Below are positions 21,132 through 30,630 of a stretch of DNA of 64,000 nucleotides, piece after piece. This DNA is from Savitreella phatthalungensis (lineage: Eukaryota), in NCBI GenBank assembly GCA_051599415.1, contig AP039696.1, forward strand, positions 496,001 through 560,000. Direction: 5' to 3'. Under the pieces are notes generated by a model that did not search any database, was not told where the DNA came from, and worked only from the letters and a program-made list of their open reading frames with translations. How positions within the stretch are numbered: the stretch's first letter is position 1; every line of letters starts with the position of its first letter. A program made the translations under genes and the position numbers.

Positions 21132-22319
21132 TCATGCCTGTTGTAGTTTTTGTTGGGCTGCGACATCAGCCCGCAAGCGGTCTAATTCGCCTAGAGCGGA
21201 GTCGATAGCATCGAGCTCGCTCTCCCACGCGGCCAGGATGGGAACGCGCGCAGCTGAGCGGGAGTGTATCAGATCATCGTCGGCGCTCGTCCACGTGTTG
21301 ACAAGGGCGTCTAAATCTGGCACTGCCACCAAATCCACCTCACGAAGTAGTGGAGTCTCGAAAGCTCGACGTTCAAGATTCTGACGAACGGTGTTTCTAG
21401 CATCCTCTCCAATCTCGCGTATCGTGTCTATTTGGCCGTGGATCTGTTCGGCGCGACACTGACTTTGCAACAATGCGTGCTCTGCAATAATTTGTGCCAG
21501 GTCTGAACAACTGGTTGGCTCGCTGACAGCCAGCACGTGACGCCGGAGTTCACCGGATGCTCCGCTATCGTCAAGCTTCGGCAAGAAGACCTCTTTCGGT
21601 GATGTCAGGACGACATTATCAGCTGGGGTGTCAGTCGTGACGGCAAGTGACTCGAGTCGATGCATCTGATCTGCAACTTCGGCGGCCAGTTGTTCGAGTG
21701 TATGAATTGGGTCAGCCTTTGTGGATGTGGCACACCCATCAGTCAGTTGCAACATTTCGTCGACTGATTGCAACAAGTGGGACCTGGCTGCCTCGGGACT
21801 GATCGGCTGTGTGCTTCTAGCTGCGCGTGTTAAGCTGACGACTTCTTCTTTTAGTCTGTCGAGAGAGAGATTTTGGCCGGTTAGGAGCGGAGCGTTGACC
21901 TCTGACTGGGATAGAAGAAGCAGGTCCGTTCGAGCTCGGCGATCGATGATCGGCAGAATCGAGTCTACTGTGACGCGATCGAGGTTGGCAGTGCCTGTAT
22001 TGGCGAGATCGAAGGTGACTGCATCTAACGCTTGGTCAAGATCTTCTTCAGCAGGTGATGTCTCGTGCATGCGTGCAAGAACTTCAACATGTTGATTGTA
22101 AGTTGTGAGCTGTTCTGCAAGGCCCGAGTTGACTTTGCGAGTCAATTCGAGCGCCAGATTGCACTTGCGCAAGTCATGGATCAACTCTGCCCTATGCTGA
22201 GCGAGTGCTGCTGTGCGTGATGAGGTTTGATCTTTGTGTTCTGGCAGATCGATTTTGACCTGGCACTTGAGCTGCTCGATCGCCCGCCTGTGCTCTTCGT
22301 GTGTCTCGAGTGGCTTCAT
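21132..22319 (-). CDS. Hypothetical helical/coiled-coil protein
   Basis: Long open frame (first in-frame ATG at 22319, ~395 aa), L/E/A/Q-rich and heptad-like; no family recognised; start uncertain. Confidence 0.65.
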   Translation of the reverse strand: MKPLETHEEHRRAIEQLKCQVKIDLPEHKDQTSSRTAALAQHRAELIHDLRKCNLALELTRKVNSGLAEQLTTYNQHVEVLARMHETSPAEEDLDQALDAVTFDLANTGTANLDRVTVDSILPIIDRRARTDLLLLSQSEVNAPLLTGQNLSLDRLKEEVVSLTRAARSTQPISPEAARSHLLQSVDEMLQLTDGCATSTKADPIHTLEQLAAEVADQMHRLESLAVTTDTPADNVVLTSPKEVFLPKLDDSGASGELRRHVLAVSEPTSCSDLAQIIAEHALLQSQCRAEQIHGQIDTIREIGEDARNTVRQNLERRAFETPLLREVDLVAVPDLDALVNTWTSADDDLIHSRSAARVPILAAWESELDAIDSALGELDRLRADVAAQQKLQQA

Positions 22320-22644
22320 ATCGTTGTCATGCTGTGGAGGTCGACTTCTAGAGTTGAAAACTTCATTCCCCCTTGTCAACTTGAGAGTGAATTGTAGCAG
22401 AGATCGAGAACTTTCAGTTCAGAGCAGACACGAAGATACACATTGGATTCCTCATCTGCAAATGCTTTTTGGGACCGGAGTATTCATGCTGAGTCTTGAG
22501 CATTCAGCATGTTGTCGACAGCAGAGTCTAAATTTGGAAGCACTTTGACTGACTAAATCAACTCAAACTCATTGTAACCCTGCAGCTGCATTCAAAGATG
22601 GCCGAACTCCAAAGATCTTTAAATTCATTGAACCAAGATCTCAT

Positions 22645-22668
22645 CATCCATCCATCCATCCATCCATC
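22645..22668. repeat. Microsatellite (CATC)6
   Basis: Read directly from the sequence. Confidence 0.9.
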
Positions 22669-23016
22669 GATCAATTAGATGCGTCAACCAATCGATCAAT
22701 ATATCATCAATGCAGCAGAGATATATCCTACGTATAAATATATGCTCCAGCCGTGGATGGGTTCTATCTTCCACTTCCAGTTTCAAAATTCATCCCACCC
22801 AGGTGGCCCTGATTATTCAAGCCTGTGTGAGTACGCGTACGGTGAAACGAAAGTGTGTCGTCATGAAGCCAGCGGTGAAACCTGGAAAGAGTATTGATAT
22901 CGCTTTAGATCGTATCTTGGCTGTTCCCTATTGAGGACCTGAAATAAGCAACGATTGCGAGGCTGTGTTACACATCTATCGAGACAAGTTCAAGCACTTG
23001 TTCTCACATCTGAATC

Positions 23017-23763
23017 ATGTGCGGCTGCAGTCTCATCCAGGGAGTTAATGGGCATGTGCCAGTAACCCTCAACGACGGCGATCAGCCGGCAGAGACGATC
23101 GGATACAACCTCAATCACACATGCATTCGTGTCAAGGATCTCGAGGAGTCTTTGCATTTCTACCGCGATCTCATGGGCATGCGTTCCATCTTCTACGTTG
23201 ACTCCAACTCATTCGTCGTCTATTATCTGGGCTACCCCAAACGAGGCCATCAGCAAACAGGTCAGGAAATCCTCAATGAGAGACTTCAAAAGTCTGGCTT
23301 GCTCGAGCTGATCTACGTGAAGAATGCTGACGACAATGCACGATTCGATGGCAATCGAACGGTGCATCCTTATCACACGGGATTCTGCCATTTGGGATTT
23401 TGCGTGCCGAACGTGCCTGCAACAATGCGCCGACTGAAAGATGCGGGAGTCAAGGTTGTCAAAGACGTTGGCGAACTTCCCACAGGAGCCATGTATGGCT
23501 GCACAGACGAGCTTGCGGAACGATTTGCTAATCTTGTTCGCCGCATCGCCTTCGTTGCTGACCCAGATGGCTACTGGTGCGAGATTGTGCCAGACGGCAG
23601 CACGACACCTGATGCAGCGCTTTCACGTGAGCAGAACCCCGATGTGGCAGTTTATAAGGAGACCGACACTCTCCACCTAGTAGACGGCAACGGCACGACT
23701 GATCTCAAGACTGGTAAGCTGGTCAGCAGCGACACTGTCGGCAGCAAACCATTGCCGAAGTAG
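23017..23763 (+). CDS. Glyoxalase I-like (lactoylglutathione lyase/VOC family) protein
   Basis: 'LNHTCIRVKDLEESLHFY..LMGM', 'YYLGY', 'LLELIY', 'GFCHLGF', 'IAFVADPDGYWCEI'; the four metal-ligand positions H/E/H/E are present. Confidence 0.87.
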   Translation: MCGCSLIQGVNGHVPVTLNDGDQPAETIGYNLNHTCIRVKDLEESLHFYRDLMGMRSIFYVDSNSFVVYYLGYPKRGHQQTGQEILNERLQKSGLLELIYVKNADDNARFDGNRTVHPYHTGFCHLGFCVPNVPATMRRLKDAGVKVVKDVGELPTGAMYGCTDELAERFANLVRRIAFVADPDGYWCEIVPDGSTTPDAALSREQNPDVAVYKETDTLHLVDGNGTTDLKTGKLVSSDTVGSKPLPK

Positions 23764-24131
23764 GCGGACAAAGCACAAAATTGTGTAAACTAAGAGCATG
23801 CGCGCTATGTCATCCTGACAACGCGACTTGTCCATTCAGCTCAACATATGCATTTCTAGTTCGAAGTAGACGCTGCTTAGCCCAAGATTATGAGAGCTTT
23901 GCTGCACGCATCTCTATCTGTTTGTTCTGTGGCAATAGATCGTTCTCCAGAAACTCGTCCCGAGTTATGCGGACTTGGACAAGCACACGTGTATTTTCAC
24001 TTACTTGATCAATCGATATTGATCAACTCGCCGGCATCGAGCGTCATTGCTTCCTGGGACGACTACTTGCTTCCAGAATATCAAGACCTCTCATCCAATC
24101 TTAAGTAGGCTGCATCGCAAGCTACAAGAGA

Positions 24132-24941
24132 ATGTCTGATGCCCAGCTTGACGCGGCATTGGATCTCATTCGGAGGCTGAAACCTCAAGATGTGGGCGAA
24201 AATCTGAATACCATCATCGCGACCGTTCCAGAGCTGCAGGAAGAGCTGCTTTCGAGCGTTGATCAGCCACTAAAGATCCAGAAGTGTAGTCAGACACATC
24301 GTGACTACCTATTATGTGACTACAACCGTGACGCAGATTCCTATCGATCTCCATGGAGCAATGAATACTCACCTGCCTTACCCGATGGCATGGTGCCATC
24401 GAAAGACCTCCGGAAGCTGGAGGTCTCTGCCAACGACGCGTTTGACATCTATCGCGATCTTTACTACGAGGGCGGCGTGTCGAGCGTGTATCTCTGGGAC
24501 CTCGACGATGGCTTCGCCGGCGTAGTGCTATTCAAGAAGGGCAGCCCGCAGTCTCGGGACGCCTCAGGTGGCTGGGATTCTGTACATGTATTCGAGGCGG
24601 TTGACAAGGGCAGATCATTCCGCTACAAGCTGACTTCCACGGTGATGCTTTCGCTCAAGACTTCGAGCACGAAACTCGGGGCGATGGACCTGGGCGGCAA
24701 TATGACTCGCCAGGTCGAGCAGGATCTAGATGTGGACGCGCGTGATCCGCATGCATCCCATGTGGCCAACATCGGCAGACTCGTCGAGGACATGGAGCTA
24801 AAGATGCGTAATTTGCTGCAGGAGGTATACTTTGGCAAGACCAAGGACATCTGTAATGACCTGCGATCGATTAATCGCTTGTCGGACATTGCAAAGGACA
24901 CTCAGCGCCAAGCAGATGTACTCAAGTCGATGAATCGTTAG
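24132..24941 (+). CDS. CAP2: F-actin capping protein beta subunit
   Basis: 'AALDLIRRL', 'LLSSVDQPL', '[22 protein letters not shown]', '[14 protein letters not shown]', 'WDSVHVFE', '[10 protein letters not shown]'. Confidence 0.97.
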   Translation: MSDAQLDAALDLIRRLKPQDVGENLNTIIATVPELQEELLSSVDQPLKIQKCSQTHRDYLLCDYNRDADSYRSPWSNEYSPALPDGMVPSKDLRKLEVSANDAFDIYRDLYYEGGVSSVYLWDLDDGFAGVVLFKKGSPQSRDASGGWDSVHVFEAVDKGRSFRYKLTSTVMLSLKTSSTKLGAMDLGGNMTRQVEQDLDVDARDPHASHVANIGRLVEDMELKMRNLLQEVYFGKTKDICNDLRSINRLSDIAKDTQRQADVLKSMNR

Positions 24942-24992
24942 ATAGTTCCATGCTAGTTCTACAGATACCCGGATCTCTCGATCCTTTGTTTC

Positions 24993-25412
24993 TCATGCGA
25001 TCTCCGTTGGTGATTTCTGTTTGAGGCAGGAGCTATTGATACAGTAACGCAGGCCCGTCTCGTTGTCCCAGCGCTCGTTTCGGAACACGTGGCCAAGATG
25101 GGAGTGACAGTTTCTGCAGATGCATTCTTCGCGCAGCCCTACATAGACGCCGGCTTCAAGTATGCGCCAGTCGCGTCGTAAAATAACCCCCGGGAGAGAC
25201 CTCGAGAAAGCCGGCCAGCCAGTCCCGCTTGCAAACTTATCGTCGCTGTCGAACAATTCGTTTCCGCAGCTGGCGCATATGTATTTGTGCTTTGAGATGC
25301 TGCTCGTAAAGACGCTGCCGCTAGTCCCAGCAGGCTCAGTCTGCCTCTTCCTCAGACAAGCGTACGCCTGATCGGATAGATGTGGGTACTGCGATCTGTC
25401 GTTATTGGGCAT
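24993..25412 (-). CDS. MXR2: Peptide methionine-R-sulfoxide reductase MsrB/SelR
   Basis: Two CxxC motifs (CASC, CRNC), 'KFASGTGWPAF', 'SHLGHVF', catalytic 'RYCINS'. Confidence 0.92.
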   Translation of the reverse strand: MPNNDRSQYPHLSDQAYACLRKRQTEPAGTSGSVFTSSISKHKYICASCGNELFDSDDKFASGTGWPAFSRSLPGVILRRDWRILEAGVYVGLREECICRNCHSHLGHVFRNERWDNETGLRYCINSSCLKQKSPTEIA

Positions 25413-25559
25413 GCGCCAGAGTCTGAAATGTCTTCGTAATACGTCATTCGTTATATGCTAGGTACATGATGTGCAAGAACTCCGCCTCGCGCGGAATATA
25501 CTACATTTGACTGGCCGCTCGCCCATCCGCCAATGCTATGTACTCGACCACACTCGTCA

Positions 25560-26423
25560 TCATTGAAGTGCCCAGAGCTTGACACGGAACAATTCCTTCG
25601 GGAAACCATGCTGCCAGCTCGATCGGACAGCCTTCAATCCGGCTTGCTTGAAGACGCGATCCCAGGAAGCCTCTGTGCGTGTCCAGGAAGAGTCCGTATC
25701 GTCAAAGATATCCTCTGTACCAGAAGCGACATTTTCCTTCACAAACACAAGAGACTGCACCTTCGCATCACCTCCAGCGACAGCCTCCTTGCATCGGACC
25801 AGGTAAGCTATGAGCGCTGGATCGTCTAGTTGACCGAGACACCATTGATTCCAAATGAAGGTGTATTTCGCATCGCCATCGCTCGACCATTGATGCAGTA
25901 CATCGTAGCCGCGTTGGTCAAGTTTGGAACCTGGTCGTATCCGCGGATCGAAGTCTTGTACGCCGCAGACGTGAACAGAGCCCAGTCTGCCTGAGTTCCG
26001 AAGAGTTGCGGTTTCGTCTGCGCTCAACAAAGCTTCGCAAAGAGGTCTTGCGGGCTCTACAATGTCGATGGAGTCGACAAACTCGTGCAGCAGATCGCGT
26101 GAGACCCTACCTATGCCAGCTCCGCAGTCAACTCCTCTGATCGGCAGAGAGCCCTGAGAAGGATCACGCACTTGACCATGAGGTAAGACAGGATAGAAGC
26201 TGCTCAAAAATCTGCGGGAATGTGCAATGTCGAGCCTAGGTACTCTAGAGGTCGGCCCTCCATAGCCACCGAGCATACCGTCCACTGTAGCGGGCACATT
26301 ACTCCAGTACTGAATCGCATCCGTATAGCTGACTTTCTGAGTCGCTGCCATCGTGCGGTCAGCAGCGTTGCTTTTGGCCCGTGATCCCGATAATCCTGAA
26401 CTTACCGTTTGTGGGTCAGGCAT
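25560..26423 (-). CDS. TAE1: Alpha N-terminal protein methyltransferase 1 (Tae1/Ntm1)
   Basis: 'YWSNVPATVDGMLGGYG', 'DCGAGIGRVS', 'IWNQWCLGQL', 'VKENV...FDDTDSSWTR', 'FPKELFRVKLWAL'. Start may be ATG 26423 or a downstream ATG. Confidence 0.92.
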   Translation of the reverse strand: MPDPQTVSSGLSGSRAKSNAADRTMAATQKVSYTDAIQYWSNVPATVDGMLGGYGGPTSRVPRLDIAHSRRFLSSFYPVLPHGQVRDPSQGSLPIRGVDCGAGIGRVSRDLLHEFVDSIDIVEPARPLCEALLSADETATLRNSGRLGSVHVCGVQDFDPRIRPGSKLDQRGYDVLHQWSSDGDAKYTFIWNQWCLGQLDDPALIAYLVRCKEAVAGGDAKVQSLVFVKENVASGTEDIFDDTDSSWTRTEASWDRVFKQAGLKAVRSSWQHGFPKELFRVKLWALQ

Positions 26424-27194
26424 GGGCTTCACTGTGGTTCCTCAATAGGGCCATGGACATGGGGTCAACTCGGTAATGTGTGCATCGAGTGTATCCATTC
26501 ACAAAAACACGTGCAGATGTCGTGCTTCGATGCACACCGTGCCTGTATAATTGATGTAAGAATACAGTATTTGACTGACGTGCGTAAGTCACTTTACTTC
26601 GAGTACAAGATTCTAGAGCCTCGATCGATTACCCGTCAGAGGTAGATCGGCCATCGAGATGGAGGTGCAAATTACCTAAACCAGAGAAAAAGAAGTTTCC
26701 AGTTGATGATCATCGAGAGTCAATTGAAATTGATCTAAATTTATATTCTCTCAATCCCTTTTGACAGCCATTTAATATCCACCTCTCACTACAGATTCGA
26801 TCGACTAGCTGTATGCGAGACCCACATACGTACGTTCCATCAAAATTCAATTGAATTATATTCGACTCTGAATTGAATTGAACTCGACTGGAATCTGCTC
26901 CGAACTTCACTTCTATTTAGCACGAGGTAACCCTCTCGTGCTTGACTCGTGTGGGCCCTGTCACTTGCACGTCACTCGACTCTGAAATACCGCAACATCC
27001 TGCACTAGACATCGGAAGCGATCCTACTCTAGTACATCCTGCGCCAGGGCAGAAGGTCACAGGCCGTTGGCTTGGATACTATTTCAATATCAAGGCTGTA
27101 TAGAAGAGGAACGGTTGTTCTTTACAGCTCTTTGCGCGCGCTTATCACTTCACAATCTCTAGTCTTTGCTCGATCCCACATCTAAGTGCCGACA

Positions 27195-28661
27195 ATGGGT
27201 CTTTCTCGTCAGGCCAGCATTATCACGTTGCTCGTCATCGACACAGCCTTCTTTTTCCTCGAGATCATTGTTGGCTATGCTACTAAGTCACTCGCCCTCG
27301 TCGCGGACTCCTTTCACATGCTCAACGACATCATCTCCCTTTTTATTGCTCTTTGGGCCATCAAAAAGTCCGGCATGACCGAGGGCTTCGCAGCCAAGTA
27401 TACGTACGGCTGGCAGCGAGCAGAAATCCTCGGCGCTCTGGTGAACGGAGTTTTCCTCATCGCACTGTGTGTCTCGATCTTCTTGGAAGCAATCAAACGC
27501 TTCGTCGAACCTGAGATCATCTCCAACCCGCTTCTCATCGTCGCTGTCGGCAGTGCCGGTCTAGCCTCGAATATCGTCGGCCTCTTCCTGTTCCATGACC
27601 ACGGCCACGGTGGTCACTCTCACGGCGAGGAGGGCGAAGATGACCATGGCCACTCTCACGGAGACGAGGAAGAATCTGTGGGCAACTCATCCCACTCCCA
27701 CGGACTCTCTCACCCACACTCTCACTCGCATGGACAAGGACACGTGCGCGAGCCAGAATCTGCTCACACACATGATCATGCACATGACCACTCCCACGGT
27801 CACGCGAATGGCAAGCGTGCCTCATCATCTCATGCTCAACGGTCAGGCTCTGCTAGTTCCGGGCACAACAGGCGCAACTCACACTCGCTCACGGCGGATG
27901 ACATCTATGTCCTGCCTGCACAGAATCGTGCGCTCATCAATGATCTCGCAGAGTCTCGCTCGAGCCGTCACTCCGCGTCAGAGTCGACGCCTCTCCTCCG
28001 CAGCTCAGCTGACCACTCTTCCCACAATCACGCCCGACCAAAGGACGGTAGCGAGGGCAGTGGAGGTGCTCATGGACATGACCACGCCAACATGAATATG
28101 CGCGCCGTGTTCCTTCACGTCCTAGGTGATGCTCTTGGCAATATCGGCGTCATCGCTACAGGTCTGTTTGTCCATTTCACCTCGTTCAGCTGGCGCTTCT
28201 ACGCCGATCCAGTCATTTCTCTTGTCATCACTGTCATCATCCTGTCGTCAGCCGTGCCGCTGTGCAAGTCCGCTTCGTTGATCTTGCTGCAGGTCGCACC
28301 GCCGGGCATTCGCGTCGATGAGATTCGCGAAGACCTCGAATCGTTGCAGGGTGTCAAGGGTGTGCACGAGTTGCACGTGTGGCAGCTGTCGGACACGAAG
28401 CTCGTGGCCAGTGTGCACGTCCGGATCGCTCGACAGGACCAGCACACTTACATGCAAGTCGCTCAAGACATCAAGACGTGCTTGCACGCATTCGGCATTC
28501 ATTCGGTGACGATTCAGCCAGAGTTCCTGCCTTCGTCTCTTGATGCGATCGATGAAGGTGAGGACGTGCACGCACAGGAGGATGAGGCATGCCTGCTCGA
28601 CTGCGATCCCGACTGCAAGCCCGTCAAGATTCAAAGCGACCACCATGGCCATGTTCACTGA
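27195..28661 (+). CDS. Cation diffusion facilitator zinc transporter (Zrc1/Cot1/Zhf1-like)
   Basis: 'SLALVADSFHMLND', 'YTYGWQRAEILGALVNGVFL', long His-rich loop, 'NMRAVFLHVLGDALGN', 'VHELHVWQL', 'GIHSVTIQPEF'. Confidence 0.95.
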   Translation: MGLSRQASIITLLVIDTAFFFLEIIVGYATKSLALVADSFHMLNDIISLFIALWAIKKSGMTEGFAAKYTYGWQRAEILGALVNGVFLIALCVSIFLEAIKRFVEPEIISNPLLIVAVGSAGLASNIVGLFLFHDHGHGGHSHGEEGEDDHGHSHGDEEESVGNSSHSHGLSHPHSHSHGQGHVREPESAHTHDHAHDHSHGHANGKRASSSHAQRSGSASSGHNRRNSHSLTADDIYVLPAQNRALINDLAESRSSRHSASESTPLLRSSADHSSHNHARPKDGSEGSGGAHGHDHANMNMRAVFLHVLGDALGNIGVIATGLFVHFTSFSWRFYADPVISLVITVIILSSAVPLCKSASLILLQVAPPGIRVDEIREDLESLQGVKGVHELHVWQLSDTKLVASVHVRIARQDQHTYMQVAQDIKTCLHAFGIHSVTIQPEFLPSSLDAIDEGEDVHAQEDEACLLDCDPDCKPVKIQSDHHGHVH

Positions 28662-28817
28662 GCTGAGACTTCCAGCATGTCCACTATCCTGAGTCTTGTG
28701 CAGGAGATACGGCGTCCGGGTACTGTGAAGGAAAATCATGACGCTCGATTTGAAGGATTCATTTACTTTCGTTCAAGGGATTAGTATAGCAGTGTGAAAA
28801 CACGGAATACAAGATAT

Positions 28818-29546
28818 TCAGGGTATGGCTATTGCGAAGCCTTGTGCATTGAGCGCGTCTCCTATGACCAGGAACGTACAGGAGTAATCGACATCGAGGC
28901 GCATCGGCTGTAATGCGACGAGGTGGCGAATCTGTCCCGGCTGCATTTCGATGGAATTTGTGACCTGTGTTGCTGCAGACGAGTTATCGAGCAAGGCGTG
29001 CCCGCGATGATCGCTATCGATTGATGACGTGTCAGCATGGACAAGTACAACAGCGCTATCCTCCCCAAAAGCCACTCCGACAGAGCCGCAGGTCCGCAAG
29101 GCGCGTACGCAAATCCGCTGGCCGCGTGGACGGGAGACATACACCGGATGTGTTAGCAGCAGAGATCGGTCGACCTTGATCTCTAAAGATGACTCTGCCT
29201 GCAGGCTCTGTAGCAGAGCCTTCCAAGCCGAATGTAGCTCTTCGGGCACGTATGCGAGACTTTCTGTGTCAGCCGCACGACGATGCCGTCGTTTCGACCG
29301 CTCCAAGCTACGAGATCTCCGTGTCTTCTCATCGGCCTCATTTTCGATCTCCTCCAGTGTAGGCCTCTCGCCGTCTGAACGCGAGCGTCGATGAAATCTC
29401 GATGCCACGGACGGTGCGGTGGCGCTCGAAGACTTTGACACTGTTGTTGTCAATCCCCGGAGATGGAGCTTGAATAGCTTGTGGATAGGCGGTAGTGACC
29501 TGGATCGCATACTCGGCGGGCTAAGTATTGTAATACCAGATGACAT
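28818..29546 (-). CDS. Hypothetical protein
   Basis: 242-aa ATG-initiated ORF; basic, S/R-rich disordered N-half and beta-strand-like C-half; no family recognised. Confidence 0.5.
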   Translation of the reverse strand: MSSGITILSPPSMRSRSLPPIHKLFKLHLRGLTTTVSKSSSATAPSVASRFHRRSRSDGERPTLEEIENEADEKTRRSRSLERSKRRHRRAADTESLAYVPEELHSAWKALLQSLQAESSLEIKVDRSLLLTHPVYVSRPRGQRICVRALRTCGSVGVAFGEDSAVVLVHADTSSIDSDHRGHALLDNSSAATQVTNSIEMQPGQIRHLVALQPMRLDVDYSCTFLVIGDALNAQGFAIAIP

Positions 29547-30630
29547 TGTGTAGCATGCAGTCTGGGTCCTCGAGATGTCCCCAGAGAATCACAAGAAAGC
29601 AAGAAAGACGCAATCAGAGGTGTAATGTTATGGACTGTATGAGCTGCAACACATCTGCCAGTGTAGTGCATCACTGAATAAGTACATGGCGGCTTCGGCA
29701 TAAGCCTAGCTGCATGTGATACCTTGATCCCTTAGGCTGATTCGAAGATATAAACAGCTGGGTCATCGATCAAAGGAGGTTATTCAGTATTCGAGCGATC
29801 TGAGCTACTCTCAGTTTTCAGCAACTCATTTGAGAGGTTGTAGCATATGTTATTGCTGGCCATGCAGGGAGCAGTCAATCAATCATCCAGTCAGCCGTAG
29901 CCCACTCACATGCCATTCATTTCACCTTCAGATTTAATTTAACCCCAGACTTTTTCTCTTGACTCCTTCCAAATTATTAGCTGTGAATAGGCAAGCCAGC
30001 TAGAGCTGAGAACTCATTCTTTCTCATCTCAACTATGAAATTGACCTCGGCCAGAACTCTCAAAGTGAATGACTCAGTTGCAGAACTTGTTTACTGACCT
30101 GCTCTAATATTCATCATCCGTGAGTAGACTTCCCCCTTCTGTGCTTTGTGAAAGTGATGTGAAAGAAAGCACGGCAATTACGCGCTTGGATGCCCTTGGC
30201 ACATATCTCATAGAAACTCCCTGTCGCGGACACTCAACAAATTTGACTGGAGCGTATCTGCGAAATGAAGCCGAATGAGACGGATGGCTCGACGATGGCC
30301 AAATGCTCCCATTCATAGACTCCACGAACACGCTCGACTGGATGATGCCTGATGCAGGCCTTTCTCGAACTCGACTGATGACTTCTAATCAATTAATCAA
30401 TCGATCAATTGATCAATCAAGCATTCAATCGTTGAGCTAGTCGATCGATATCTCCATTTCGATCTCGTCTCATTATTCTCTCTCGCCATCATCATACAAT
30501 CTCAGATGCACACAGGATCACAAATCCATATATGATCAGCGATGCATATATTGGTGAGCTCGTGCCTGGAGCATCAACTGGAGTAGCTTGTGCTCCATGT
30601 CGACTCCATCATAGAAACTCCACAAGGGCC

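Noticed and set aside
9767..26423. Two N-terminus-modifying enzymes (UBE2W-like E2, Ntm1) in one window
   Set aside because: About 15 kb apart with unrelated genes between them; consistent with chance.
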